64,000 nt of DNA from a virus (Duplodnaviria; Caudoviricetes). Below the pieces are notes generated by a model, which searched no databases, was not told the origin of the DNA, and was given only the letters and a program-made list of their open reading frames with translations. Each line of letters begins with the position of its first letter. Within the stretch, counting starts at the first letter, position 1. The translations under genes and the position numbers were made by a program. The stretch spans positions 1-64,000 of the IMG/VR virus record IMGVR_UViG_3300043447_000415; one strand, 5' to 3'. Shown one piece after another: positions 17,616 to 27,700 of the stretch.

Positions 17616-18704
17616 CTACCCCATCAGGCACTTCAGCTTGATCTTGGCGGCGGTTGCGGGGTTCAGCGTCTCGGCTTTCCAGAACGCTTGGCGCACCACT
17701 TCTGGCGCGACCTCGTTCGGGTCTTTGTCTTTCGGCAAGAACGCGATCCGAGCAATGAGGCCCAGGCTGCGAACGACCAGCGCGGCCTTCACAGCGTCCT
17801 GAGTTGCCCGCTTCTCGCCGTCCCACATGAACGTGACCTCTTTGAGGCCCCGCTCCTTGAGCGCGACGAGCTTGCCTACCTGACTCTCTGCCGTACCCTC
17901 AGACAGGTGCTTGCCGAAGGAGCCGACTGGCACCACGTCTCGCAAAGCGGGATCGCCGTCCAGTGCGATCTTGGTGGCCATCACGTCGAACGCACCCTCC
18001 CCGATCACGATTCGAGTCGCTCCAACGGCGTTCTGGCCGTTGTAGAGGTATGCGCCCGTCGATGCGAAGCCAGGTGGAAACAGGTACTTTTGCTCTGCCG
18101 TACCCGTGATGTCGCGACCTTGGAAGCTCACGAGGTTGCCCTCGAGGTCGTAGATCGGAATCAGGATGCGGCCCGCATAGCTCTGACGCCGCGTCTTGCC
18201 GCTTTCGTCAAGATAGACAAAAACGCCGTTGGTCGAGTAGCTCAGCCGAAAGTACTGGGCGATGTCGGCCGTGATGCCCCGGTTGTCCAGGTACTTCAGG
18301 TTGCGCCCGTTGTGCGGCATGGCGATCGATTCGGGCAGGTGGAGCTCACCCGTATCCCGAACTTGCGCCGTAGCCCGCACCTTCGGGTGCCAGCCCTGCT
18401 CTGAGGCCACGGTCTTGATGTGTTCGATCAAGTCCCGAGTGCTCACGGCCGTACCTAGAGTCGCCTGAATAAACTTCCACTTGTTGAACTTCGTCTCGCA
18501 GTCGCCCGAGAAGCAGTTGCCCAAACCATTCTCGGCGTTGAGATACACCTTCCAGTTTGAGCCACCACAGCACGGGCACTCCTTGACGTTGAGTTGGGTG
18601 CCTCTGGAGCCGCGAGTGACCTTGTAGGTGACGCCCTCGCGGTCGAGCCACGACTCCATGTCGATCGTCTCCAGGGCTTCCTGGAGGTCTTCGTTACGAC
18701 TCAT
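17616..18704 (-). CDS. DNA primase (zinc finger + TOPRIM)
   Basis: CPCC...GNCFSGDC; GRILIPIYD...FQGRDI; IGEGAFD; FMWDGE. Confidence 0.9.
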   Translation of the reverse strand: MSRNEDLQEALETIDMESWLDREGVTYKVTRGSRGTQLNVKECPCCGGSNWKVYLNAENGLGNCFSGDCETKFNKWKFIQATLGTAVSTRDLIEHIKTVASEQGWHPKVRATAQVRDTGELHLPESIAMPHNGRNLKYLDNRGITADIAQYFRLSYSTNGVFVYLDESGKTRRQSYAGRILIPIYDLEGNLVSFQGRDITGTAEQKYLFPPGFASTGAYLYNGQNAVGATRIVIGEGAFDVMATKIALDGDPALRDVVPVGSFGKHLSEGTAESQVGKLVALKERGLKEVTFMWDGEKRATQDAVKAALVVRSLGLIARIAFLPKDKDPNEVAPEVVRQAFWKAETLNPATAAKIKLKCLMG

Positions 18705-18831
18705 TTGCCCGCTCCTGAATGTCGCGCATCTGCTTCTTGCGCTCTTTCTTCCAGAAGACGCGTTTCCAGTCCCGCAGGTGCTTCCACCATTGCGGTGGAG
18801 CTGCGAGGTTTCCTTTCTTGACGCCTGCCAT
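18694..18831 (-). CDS. Small basic Trp-rich protein (45 aa), below ORF-track cutoff
   Basis: MAGVKKGNLAAPPQWWKHLRDWKRVFWKKERKKQMRDIQERANES; TGATG coupling with the helicase stop; fills the helicase-primase gap. Confidence 0.7.
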   Translation of the reverse strand: MAGVKKGNLAAPPQWWKHLRDWKRVFWKKERKKQMRDIQERANES

Positions 18832-20258
18832 CACTCTCTCCGAACGATCGACTCGATGAACTTCATCTTGGCGATGTCTTGCTTGATGAACAGCGTGAAG
18901 CCGGACTCCTGGTTACGCGATGCGGCAAAGTACAGGCGTGCTTCGTTCTTCGATCGCTCCTCGTCGGTGATGTTGATGGAGATCATCAGATCAACCGTCC
19001 GCACCTTGTTGAAGTCTTCGGCGACGTGCTCGGCTTTGGCCACGGTCGCTTTGTAACCTTCTCGGTTGGTCTGAGTGGCCGTGAGCATCGCCACGTCTTT
19101 CTCTTGCGCGATGGCCCGAAGGTCCACGTAGACCGACTTGGAGTTCTCGATCACATCGTTGTAGCGGAAGTTCGGGGCCATGATGTCGGCGTAGTCCACG
19201 ACGACCAGATCGAACTTCATGCCCTTCGCTTCGTAGCGATCCAGCAGTGCCCGCAGTTGCTTGGGCGCGAAGGTGCCAGAGGGGTACTCGTGAATCTTCA
19301 GTTCGCCGTGCGGGAGCGCTGCCAGCGCCTCGATCTTTGCTTCAACATCCTTGATCTTGCTGCCGAGCGATCGAATTTCCGTGTCGCTCATTGAGGCGTC
19401 AAGTCGTTCGCTGATGATGCGAGCCGACACTTCGAGGGTGACGTACAGCGTGTTGAAGCCCTTAAGCGATGCGGACTTCGCAAAGCCGATCAGAGCGGTT
19501 GTCTTGCCCGACTTGGCCCCACCCATGATGGTGGCCAGCTCCTTTCGACCCCACCCTCGGTGATAGAGGATTTCGTCCAGCTTCAGGTGCCCTGTGGTGA
19601 TGCCTCGCGGAGGTTTGGTTCCGGCCGCATCGTCGAGTCGTTCGGCTGTGCGCAGGCTGATGTTCGAGTAGTAGTCGTAGGCGCCGCCGTCTTCGTTGAT
19701 ACCGACCTCGACCGCTTCCTTGATGTACTGCTCGACCTTCTCGAACTCGCCGCGCTGCACGAGCTCCACTGATTTGAGAATGGCGGCGCTGGTGGCCTGG
19801 TGACGGGCGAACTCGACGATCCGCTCTTCGATGTACTCACGCCCCGATGCGTCTGTGGCGTTGAAGAGTTTCTTCCAGGTCGCGACCGCAAGCGGCACGA
19901 CATCTTTCTTGATGACCTTGTTGGCTACACCACGTCGAATGATGTCGGCCATGATGGTCTTGTCGGGCAGACTGCGACTGCGGCCGTGATAGGACAGCGC
20001 CAGGTTGACCAGCGTTGCTTCCCCCGCGTCCTCGAAGTACTGAGGTCGCAGGAGGTGCCCCACTCGGTTGACGAACTCGATGTTCTGAGTGGCCAGAACG
20101 GCGACTCGAGTCTGAAACTCTGCATCGAAGTCGAACTTCTCCGTGATGTCGTCCATCACGGTTGCGGTGGGGGTGGTTGGTGTTGTGGTCTCGCCCTCAA
20201 ATGACGAGCCGATCATTTCAGCGGTAGATTGCTCCGCGATAGAGTTTGCGTCCGTCAT
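18831..20258 (-). CDS. dnaB: DnaB-like replicative helicase
   Basis: MGGAKSGKTT Walker A, VTLEVS, VVVDYAD Walker B, TATQTNR. Confidence 0.92.
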   Translation of the reverse strand: MTDANSIAEQSTAEMIGSSFEGETTTPTTPTATVMDDITEKFDFDAEFQTRVAVLATQNIEFVNRVGHLLRPQYFEDAGEATLVNLALSYHGRSRSLPDKTIMADIIRRGVANKVIKKDVVPLAVATWKKLFNATDASGREYIEERIVEFARHQATSAAILKSVELVQRGEFEKVEQYIKEAVEVGINEDGGAYDYYSNISLRTAERLDDAAGTKPPRGITTGHLKLDEILYHRGWGRKELATIMGGAKSGKTTALIGFAKSASLKGFNTLYVTLEVSARIISERLDASMSDTEIRSLGSKIKDVEAKIEALAALPHGELKIHEYPSGTFAPKQLRALLDRYEAKGMKFDLVVVDYADIMAPNFRYNDVIENSKSVYVDLRAIAQEKDVAMLTATQTNREGYKATVAKAEHVAEDFNKVRTVDLMISINITDEERSKNEARLYFAASRNQESGFTLFIKQDIAKMKFIESIVRRE

Positions 20259-20263
20259 ACATT

Positions 20264-20557
20264 TCAGACCGCTTTGTTTTGATCTTCAGGATTGGTCCAG
20301 AAGCATTCGATGGCGTGCTTGAAGATGACGAACACCTGATAGCCGCCGCCGTTGGGGCGATCGACCTTCAGGCTGATCGTGTACTTGTCTGAGTGCTTGA
20401 TGACGCCCTTCATCGGGGGTGCGTCCGAGCTTGTAATCAGAGCGACATTGACGACCGCTCCTGCGGCCTCGAGTGCTTTGAGAAATGCTTCGTGGCCTTT
20501 GGGCGTGACGGGCTTCTTGATGAGGGGCGCTTTGCTGCGCGGGGTGATGTCGGACAT
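20264..20557 (-). CDS. Hfq/Sm-like RNA-binding protein
   Basis: GVIKHSDKYTISL (Sm1-like) and VIFKHAIECF (Sm2 F/YKHAI). Confidence 0.75.
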   Translation of the reverse strand: MSDITPRSKAPLIKKPVTPKGHEAFLKALEAAGAVVNVALITSSDAPPMKGVIKHSDKYTISLKVDRPNGGGYQVFVIFKHAIECFWTNPEDQNKAV

Positions 20558-20618
20558 AGTGTTCTCCGTGATATGAAAATTGCTGACCTGCTCAGTATAG
20601 CTCAGGCGTGACTGACAT

Positions 20619-21371
20619 TTATCGACATTCGTCGATTGCCGCCCGAACTACCCGCTCGTCGAACTCCCGAAGTGCGGTCTCGATGCGTAGCGTCTGCTCA
20701 ATATAGAGCGAAGCGTGAAGCGAGTATTGGGGGTGTCGGCGAGTCTTGATCTGAGCGACGAGGTAAGTCTCCCAATCGAGCTGATCCACATGACCGAAGA
20801 AGTTGGCCACCTTATAGCGGGTGTCTTTGGGGAACTGAATGCGAGCGGCGCACTCCTCTTCCCAGGCCAGCATGACATCGGTGATGAGGTCGGCGTTGGC
20901 GCCGATGTGAGAGGGTCTTGGCGCTGCGCGAGCGCCCTTGTCCAGCTTCTTCAGATACCAGCCGTCGTGGCTGTACCAGCGAAATGCCTGGTTCAGGAAG
21001 AAGTCGTAGCGCATACCGAGGCTGTCGGCCAACTGACGCAGTCGCCAGACCGAGAGCCGTTCGCGCGCCTCCATGATGTTCATCTCCTTGAACGCCCGCA
21101 TGAAGCGCCCGCTACGGTCGTGTGTTGCCACCATGAACCGCTGATAGGCTCGGTTGAACTCGTGCGCGAAGAGGTACGTTGCTTTGGTCGGGTGCATCCG
21201 ACGGTAGTCGAACCACTTGACCCGGTACAGAGCCGCCTCCTTCTTCAGAAGCGCTGTGGGGACGTGCTGGATGGCCAGGAGCTCCGCATGAAGCAGCCCC
21301 AGGTCATGGCCGTAGAAGTAGCCGAACCACTCGGTCAGTTTCGGGGAATCGGGAGGGGTTGGAGCCGGCAT
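20619..21371 (-). CDS. Hypothetical protein upstream of the helicase
   Basis: Long aromatic-rich ORF; start uncertain (21392 or 21371). Confidence 0.7.
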   Translation of the reverse strand: MPAPTPPDSPKLTEWFGYFYGHDLGLLHAELLAIQHVPTALLKKEAALYRVKWFDYRRMHPTKATYLFAHEFNRAYQRFMVATHDRSGRFMRAFKEMNIMEARERLSVWRLRQLADSLGMRYDFFLNQAFRWYSHDGWYLKKLDKGARAAPRPSHIGANADLITDVMLAWEEECAARIQFPKDTRYKVANFFGHVDQLDWETYLVAQIKTRRHPQYSLHASLYIEQTLRIETALREFDERVVRAAIDECR

Positions 21372-21451
21372 AGAAGGTAAGAGTAAATTCACTCATGAAG
21401 TATATTGAATATACGCGGGGCGAAAATTCCCCGCGTATTTCCCCGCACCGA

Positions 21452-22216
21452 TCAGTCGGCGCCAGGTGTCTCGTAGGCTTCCACGATCTCTTGCACCAGA
21501 CCGGAACGGACCACGTCTTCACGCGAAAAGCGGACACACTTGACGCTCGGAATGTGCGAGACCCGTTTGATCGCGTCCTCAAGACCCGAAACCCCGTGAA
21601 TGTCTTTCTGGTTGATGTCCCCGTTCACCACGACCTTGCACTCCTGCCCGATGCGGGTGAGGAAGAGCTTCATCTGGTTCGGGGTGGTGTTCTGGCCTTC
21701 ATCCAGGATCACGAAAGCCCGCTTGAAGGTACGGCCCCGCATGTAGGCAAGGGGTGCAGCCTCGATGCGGCCCATCTTCATCAGGTACTCCACGAAGCTC
21801 TTGCCGAGCCGTTCGTTGAGCACGTCACGGAAGGGTTGCAGGAACGGGTCGAACTTGTCTTCGATCTCGCCAGGCAGAAAGCCCAGAGACTCGCCCGCTT
21901 CAACTGCGGGGCGGGTAATGATGATCTTGTCGATGACGCCTTCGGAGAGCGCTTGCGCTGCCAGAGCGCCGCACAGCCAGGTCTTGCCCGTACCGGCAGG
22001 GCCTGTTGCGAACGTCAGCTCGAAGGATTTGATGGCGCTGATGTAGCGCTTCTGGGATTCGTTGAGCGCCTCGATTGGCTGACGAGCAGCGCGGTCTTGG
22101 CGAGGCACGGAGAAGTCATTGTGGGCCTCCGTATTCTCTTCTCGGAGCAGTGCGCCCCTCTTGACTGGACGCTTGGGTGCTCGCTTCGGAACAGCGGGGG
22201 CTTTTGCTCGTGCCAT
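21452..22216 (-). CDS. phoH: PhoH-family ATPase
   Basis: GPAGTGKT, ITRPAVEAGESLGFLPG, APLAYMRGRTF, LDEGQN, GDINQKD. Confidence 0.95.
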   Translation of the reverse strand: MARAKAPAVPKRAPKRPVKRGALLREENTEAHNDFSVPRQDRAARQPIEALNESQKRYISAIKSFELTFATGPAGTGKTWLCGALAAQALSEGVIDKIIITRPAVEAGESLGFLPGEIEDKFDPFLQPFRDVLNERLGKSFVEYLMKMGRIEAAPLAYMRGRTFKRAFVILDEGQNTTPNQMKLFLTRIGQECKVVVNGDINQKDIHGVSGLEDAIKRVSHIPSVKCVRFSREDVVRSGLVQEIVEAYETPGAD

Positions 22217-22283
22217 GTACTACAAACCTTGAAGTTGATCCTGTCGTTACTATACCTCAGTCATCCGTGACTGACGCGCCGGA

Positions 22284-23612
22284 TCAGCGAATTCTTGCAG
22301 GGATTGACGCATCGACCTCATGGGGCTCGCGGTGATACCACTTGCCGCCAGCCACTGCGAAGTCGGTGACGGAGATGTAGTCAAACGCGGTGGAGCGCGT
22401 GTGCGTGTCTACGTTGACGAGGGCGAACCCGTTGTGCCACCGCTCGCCTTCGCAGTACGAGGCGCTGCGCTTGTGACCGGAGCCGAGCTGGTGCCATTCA
22501 TACGCGCCGTAGACGGGGTTGAACTCGCTCCAGACCTGATGCTTGTGATGATGGCCATTGATGCCTGGCAGGCCCATGTTGCGAGCGTGCGGGAAGTGAT
22601 GGCACAACACCGTGTCGAAGTAGACCTTGTAGTTCTGCGCCAACTCTTTCTCGAAGTCGCGCTTGGTGAAGGCGGCCAGGTCGGCTTTGGCGATGTAGTT
22701 GATCTCGAACTTCTCCAGGCCCAGCAGCTTGGCTACCGTGAAGCCGTGAAGGTCGGAGAGCACCGCACGCAGAGCCGGTGTGGCGTCTGCAAGCTGGCGA
22801 AGCAAGCGTGCCTCGTGGTTGCCTTCGATGAAGTCGATCTGAGCCTCGGGGCACACATCGCGCAGCGGGGCAAGGATAGCCTCGTGGGCAAACTTGATGC
22901 GACCCACGACATCCCATTCACGCGGATCGACGCCGTACTTGCCGAACTCGGGCAGGTCGAAGATGTCGCCCGCAAGCACGATCACATCTGGCTGGACGCG
23001 CTCTGCGGTGTCGATCAGGACGCGCAGGTAGAACGGGTCGATCTCGACATCGTGCAGGTCCGAGCAGGTGAGGATGGTCTTGAAGCGGTTGTTGTTGGTG
23101 CGGACGTACTTGTCGGCCCAGTCCTGGCGCTCGACGTTCATCACCCGGTAGTGATCGACCGATGCGTGCTTGGCGATGTGTCGCTCGTGAGCGTGCTGCT
23201 GACGCGAGAGCTTGATGCCGGCCTGGCGCTTGAATTCCTCGAAGGTGCCGAAGTAGCGGTTCCAGGTGGATTCGGAGATGGCGCTGTGGTTACGGAAGTA
23301 GTTTCGGGTGACGATCTTCTCGGTGTCGAGCTCCGAGATGCGTCGCAGCTCCTCGATGCACTCTTCCGGACCCCAGTGCTCCATGAACTTGGAGCTGTCT
23401 TCCGACATGGGGCTGTCGTTGACGGGCGCTCGATTGATGAGCTTCGGGCCCTTTGGGTCGTTCTTGAAGGTGGAGCGAATGAAGCCCGCCTTGTTGCGAA
23501 CTGTCTTCAGAGAGATGCCGAGCACTTTGGCCACGTCGGCAACTGAGGGGTATTTGTCCAGGTCGTTGTAAACCTCGATGAATTGGTCAATGTCGGTTGG
23601 GTGTGCGGACAT
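22284..23612 (-). CDS. Calcineurin-like metallophosphoesterase with N-terminal HTH and homing-associated-repeat-like domain
   Basis: SDLHD, AGDIFD, GNHE, GHHH motifs; N-terminal VADVAKVLGISLKTVRNK HTH and TWNRYFGTFEEFKRQAG. Confidence 0.8.
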   Translation of the reverse strand: MSAHPTDIDQFIEVYNDLDKYPSVADVAKVLGISLKTVRNKAGFIRSTFKNDPKGPKLINRAPVNDSPMSEDSSKFMEHWGPEECIEELRRISELDTEKIVTRNYFRNHSAISESTWNRYFGTFEEFKRQAGIKLSRQQHAHERHIAKHASVDHYRVMNVERQDWADKYVRTNNNRFKTILTCSDLHDVEIDPFYLRVLIDTAERVQPDVIVLAGDIFDLPEFGKYGVDPREWDVVGRIKFAHEAILAPLRDVCPEAQIDFIEGNHEARLLRQLADATPALRAVLSDLHGFTVAKLLGLEKFEINYIAKADLAAFTKRDFEKELAQNYKVYFDTVLCHHFPHARNMGLPGINGHHHKHQVWSEFNPVYGAYEWHQLGSGHKRSASYCEGERWHNGFALVNVDTHTRSTAFDYISVTDFAVAGGKWYHREPHEVDASIPARIR

Positions 23613-23657
23613 GCGCCCTACTCCTTTGGGCTGCCGCCCCGGTTAAACAAGGGGAAC

Positions 23658-23996
23658 TTAAGCCTGTGTGGTCGCCGCCATCTTGACGACTTGCCAGACC
23701 CCGTAAAGAACTGCGCTGCCGATTACAGCCCAGATGATCTGAATTGCCTTGACGGACACTTTGATGGTTGTGTCCTGCTTGACGTGCGCCAGCTCGAGTG
23801 CCGACTGCCTGTCAGCGATTCGCTCCAGCTTTTCCGTCACGCGAAGCATGTTGGATGACATGGTTTGGTGACGCTCTTCCAAGACCGCGATCTTGGAGAG
23901 AGCATCAGCCATCTTCGACATGCTAGTTTTCATGTCTTCCAGATCGTTCTGGATGACTTTGAAACTGGCTTCAATGACTTGTTCGGTGGACGACAT
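23658..23996 (-). CDS. Coiled-coil protein with C-terminal transmembrane helix (holin-like/XhlA-like)
   Basis: Heptad-rich N-terminus, single hydrophobic segment IIWAVIGSAVLYGVW. Confidence 0.55.
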   Translation of the reverse strand: MSSTEQVIEASFKVIQNDLEDMKTSMSKMADALSKIAVLEERHQTMSSNMLRVTEKLERIADRQSALELAHVKQDTTIKVSVKAIQIIWAVIGSAVLYGVWQVVKMAATTQA

Positions 23997-24102
23997 CGCG
24001 GACTTTCAAGGTCAATTTCGGATGCCGGATTCTAACCGATGTGAAATCATTCGTGAAGTACTTTCGTCCTTTGTCGAATTTGCACAAAACCTTATATAAG
24101 GT

Positions 24103-24345
24103 TTAGTCCTCGTCACTCAGGCCAGCTTTGATCTGTTCAGCAGGCTGTTCGCGCACTGGCACAGGCTTGTTGGCAAGTGCTTGTGCGGCATTCTGCGCTT
24201 GCACTTGTTGAATGATTTGACCTTCCAGTTTGTTCATCACGGTGCGCGATGTCTTGGAGGGCAGTTCGTTCAGACCTACCATGATGGCTTCGATTTCTTG
24301 GCCAGTCAGGTCGTTGAGCTGGAAGGTTTGCTGATTTTGTTGCAT
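24103..24345 (-). CDS. Small fibre-associated hypothetical protein
   Basis: GGAG RBS; position downstream of the fibre; GLNELPSK..MNKLEGQI type. Confidence 0.6.
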   Translation of the reverse strand: MQQNQQTFQLNDLTGQEIEAIMVGLNELPSKTSRTVMNKLEGQIIQQVQAQNAAQALANKPVPVREQPAEQIKAGLSDED

Positions 24346-24395
24346 GAGGTTCTCCGGTTATGTCAACAGTGACTTACCCATTATAGCCAACAAGC

Positions 24396-24749
24396 TCAGG
24401 GAGCTGCGGGAGTTTCGGGTTCAGGTGCGGGTGCCCAGGGCAGTGGGGCGCTGTCGAGCGCTGCCTCTTGAACCATCTTGTCGAGCACGGACTGGATGTG
24501 CGCTTTGATGCTGGGCATACGCTCGACTTCGGCCGCTTCGATCCAGGCGACAACGACTTCCGGCGTCAGCGAAGTCAGCGGGATGAAGTCTTCCGCGTCG
24601 GGCTCGCCCATCATGGTCTTCTGAGGCAGCTCGAACGACTGGCCGTTCTCGGTGCCCTTCAGAGTCCACTCGACGTGCTTGACGACGGACTCCAATTCGC
24701 CAACGGTTGTCGTGCGAATGGCCGTGATGGTGATAGTGAATTCAGTCAT
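24396..24749 (-). CDS. Fibre-associated hypothetical protein
   Basis: ATG three bases after fibre TAA; DFIPLTSLTPEVVVAWIE...LPW pattern typical of fibre-adjacent small proteins. Confidence 0.7.
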   Translation of the reverse strand: MTEFTITITAIRTTTVGELESVVKHVEWTLKGTENGQSFELPQKTMMGEPDAEDFIPLTSLTPEVVVAWIEAAEVERMPSIKAHIQSVLDKMVQEAALDSAPLPWAPAPEPETPAAP

Positions 24750-24752
24750 GAC

Positions 24753-27700
24753 TTATCCTTCAATGAGTTTGGAAACAAGGGCTTCGAGTTTAGCGACTCG
24801 GGCGCGGAGATCGACATTATCTTTTGCCAGTTCAACGGCGGCGGCGAGCGCTGCGTTGCCGTAAGCGACAGAAAGCAAATCCTCCTTCTCATGATAGTCC
24901 ACCGCTTCAGGGAGAACTTTCTGGAGAGATTGTGCGGAAACGCCAACTTGACGTTTGCCGGTGTCGGTTCGGTCAAAGACGCCCGACTTGACTTGAGCCA
25001 ATCTGGCAACAAAGTCGTCGGCCAGGTCCGACCAATTGGTCTTCAGCTTCTCATCCGAGTAAGCCGTGATGTTGCCGGCTGCCCAGATCGAGCCACCGAA
25101 GGTGGCGTTGTTGTTCGTCAAGTCCCAGTACACGGGCCAGTAGCCGCCAACTTGAGCCCACGAGGTCGAGTTGTTTGCACCTCGAAGGATATACATCAGG
25201 TTGGAATTGCAGTGCAGCATCGCACTGTTGTTGTCCGTATCCTGGAGATAGATCGTGGGACTTGCGTTATTCACCGTCACGTTGCCGGTGAGAGATAGGT
25301 TGCCGGTCAGAGACCCGCCAGCGAGTGGCAGGTAGCTCGAGAGCGTCGATGACGAGACTGCGTCAGTGATGCCGTAGCCCGCGACGGTGGTTGGTTTGCC
25401 GCTCACGCCACTCCAGGCAACCGAACCTGCACTGCCGGTGACGTTGATGCTCCATGTGCCCGAGGCTCCACCGCCCGACAGTGTAGGTGCATAGCTGGCG
25501 ATGTTCTCGCTCGTCATCATGGCGCGCCAGCCTGGCGCGTAACCACTGCCTTGGTCGTTATAGACCAATACCTGGAAGCCACCCGCGCCCGTTGTGGGGC
25601 GCGTAATGCGGACGTGCTTTTCAGCGCTGTTGATCCACGTTTCGATCACGCAGCCAGCCATATCGACTGTGCCGAACCCTGTGTCGGTCAGGTCATTGTT
25701 GCCCGCGTAGTCCCAGGCGCACTTGGCAACCGAATGGGCGAAGTTGAACATGCCCAGCGTCGTGAGGTGGGCGATCAGTTGCGCTGTTGTGCAGTTCGCG
25801 TTAGTGCCGTTGGGGTTAATGTAGATTGTGCCAAACGACTTAAAGCCCGAGACCGAGCCCGCGCTGCCGGTGATGTTGATGCCCCACGTACCTGAAGCAC
25901 CGGAACCTGTCAGTGACGGCGAGTAGCTGGTGTAGTTGCCTGCGTGGAGGACTACGTTGTTGTTGACGTATGAAGCTGATGGTGTAACCGCAAAGTTAAC
26001 GCCCGTCGCAGAAGTTGATCCGTTTACGGAAACACCAAATGTATCTGCGCCACCAATACCAGCACCACCTTGAAAGTAGCTGATGCCGTATGTAGTTGCG
26101 TTTCCAAACGACCAGATTGGGTTGCGTACCCCACCGTAGTAGACGTCGTTGCGAAAGCCGTTGTTCCCGCCCGATGTCACTGCACCAATAAACGAGCTGT
26201 AGCTGGTGTAGTTGCCGCTGTGCAGGTACGGAAGGTTGCCGCTGTACCGATACAACTGGCCGTCTACCAATACATCTTTATTGAAGTAGAACGAAGGTCG
26301 GTCCGTTTGAAAGTGGCTGTGCGACGTGTTCAGGGGGCCGATAGTCACATAACCATTTGCGTTCACAAACGACGCATAGTTGTTGCCGTCAAGGTGCAGG
26401 CCGTATGCGGTGTTGTCTCTGCTAAATCGAGCAATCCCGCCAAACGCGTCGATGTGCGCCGTGCCGTTCGTGTTTTGGCCGACCTGAAGCTGTGTGTTGA
26501 TACGAACGCTGCTGGAGCTAAGAGCAAGCAATGTTGCCGGGGTGACCCCACTTGCGTTTCCAACACGAATGCGAAGACCGTCAAAGACGTTCATCTTCAT
26601 GCCGTCCCAACCACCCTCGCCGTCGATGTTGTTGTAGTTGTTGTAGATCGAGTGGTTAGCGTCGTTGTAAGTCGAGCTGAATGACAAGCGCTGTCGGCTG
26701 ACGTTCAATGCACCTGTAACCGTGCCACCACTCAAAGGCAAGGCGTAGGAGCTGTAGTTACCATCATGAAGCAGCGTGTACCAAGCATTCCAGGTGCTGT
26801 CGATACCGTTGCGAATGCTTAGCTTTGGTTGACCAGATGCGTTAACCCCGCTCCCGTTTGCAAACGCAAGTTGATACGACGAGTCGCCGGTACTTGCGCT
26901 GGTGCCAGTCCAAGGGCTAAACGTCATCACGCCTGCGTAGTTGCCAGAGCCGTTGCCGACACCAGCACCCACAAAATCAAAGTTTACTGTTCGCGTGAAG
27001 CTGTTTGGAAGGCGATCAGAGAGGTTGCGTGGGCCGTCTTCAAAGCCAATCCTGCGTGCCGATCCAGTAACGCTAATTCCCCAGATACCAGAAGCACCTG
27101 AGCCACCTAACGAGGGGCTGTAGCTTGTGTAGTTGCCAGCGTGCAGGACTTGATTCCCAGCTTGCTGGATTGCTCCTTCGACGTTCAGGCCGTTTGTCGG
27201 GTTGCTGGTCGCAGCGTACCCAGAACCAATTGTCATGCCGCCGTTTACATGCAGCTTCTTGCCAGATACCGCTGAACCGCCGCCGCCAATGGCAAACGTA
27301 CTCGTCGAGCCGTTAAACCATGTGTAGTCGGTGCCCGCCACGTCAGTCCAGCTAATCCCAGCCCATGAGGTGCCACCCCCGTTAAGGATGATCTGGGTAT
27401 CGCTGGCATTTGAGAACGTAGTAACGCCAGTAACCGTACCGCCGCTCAGCGGAAGCGCATACGAGCTGTAGTTACCTGCGTGGAGCGCTTGGTTTCCACC
27501 AATCTGAAGCGTACCGGAGTCAAAGTACGTTGCAGCACCACGGATGTAGTTCACATAGCTACTGCCGTTGTAGTAGCCAAAATGTGTTTTGTTATCCCCT
27601 TGCCCGGTAGCGTAAGCGTGCGTACTAAAAATTGACACACCGGAGCTGATTCTTGACGAAGGTGTGGCCACAACAGCGCCACTGCCAAGGTTCACGATGT

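Noticed and set aside
23658-23996. Second lysis cassette
   Set aside because: Single TM protein with no adjacent endolysin; holin role unproven
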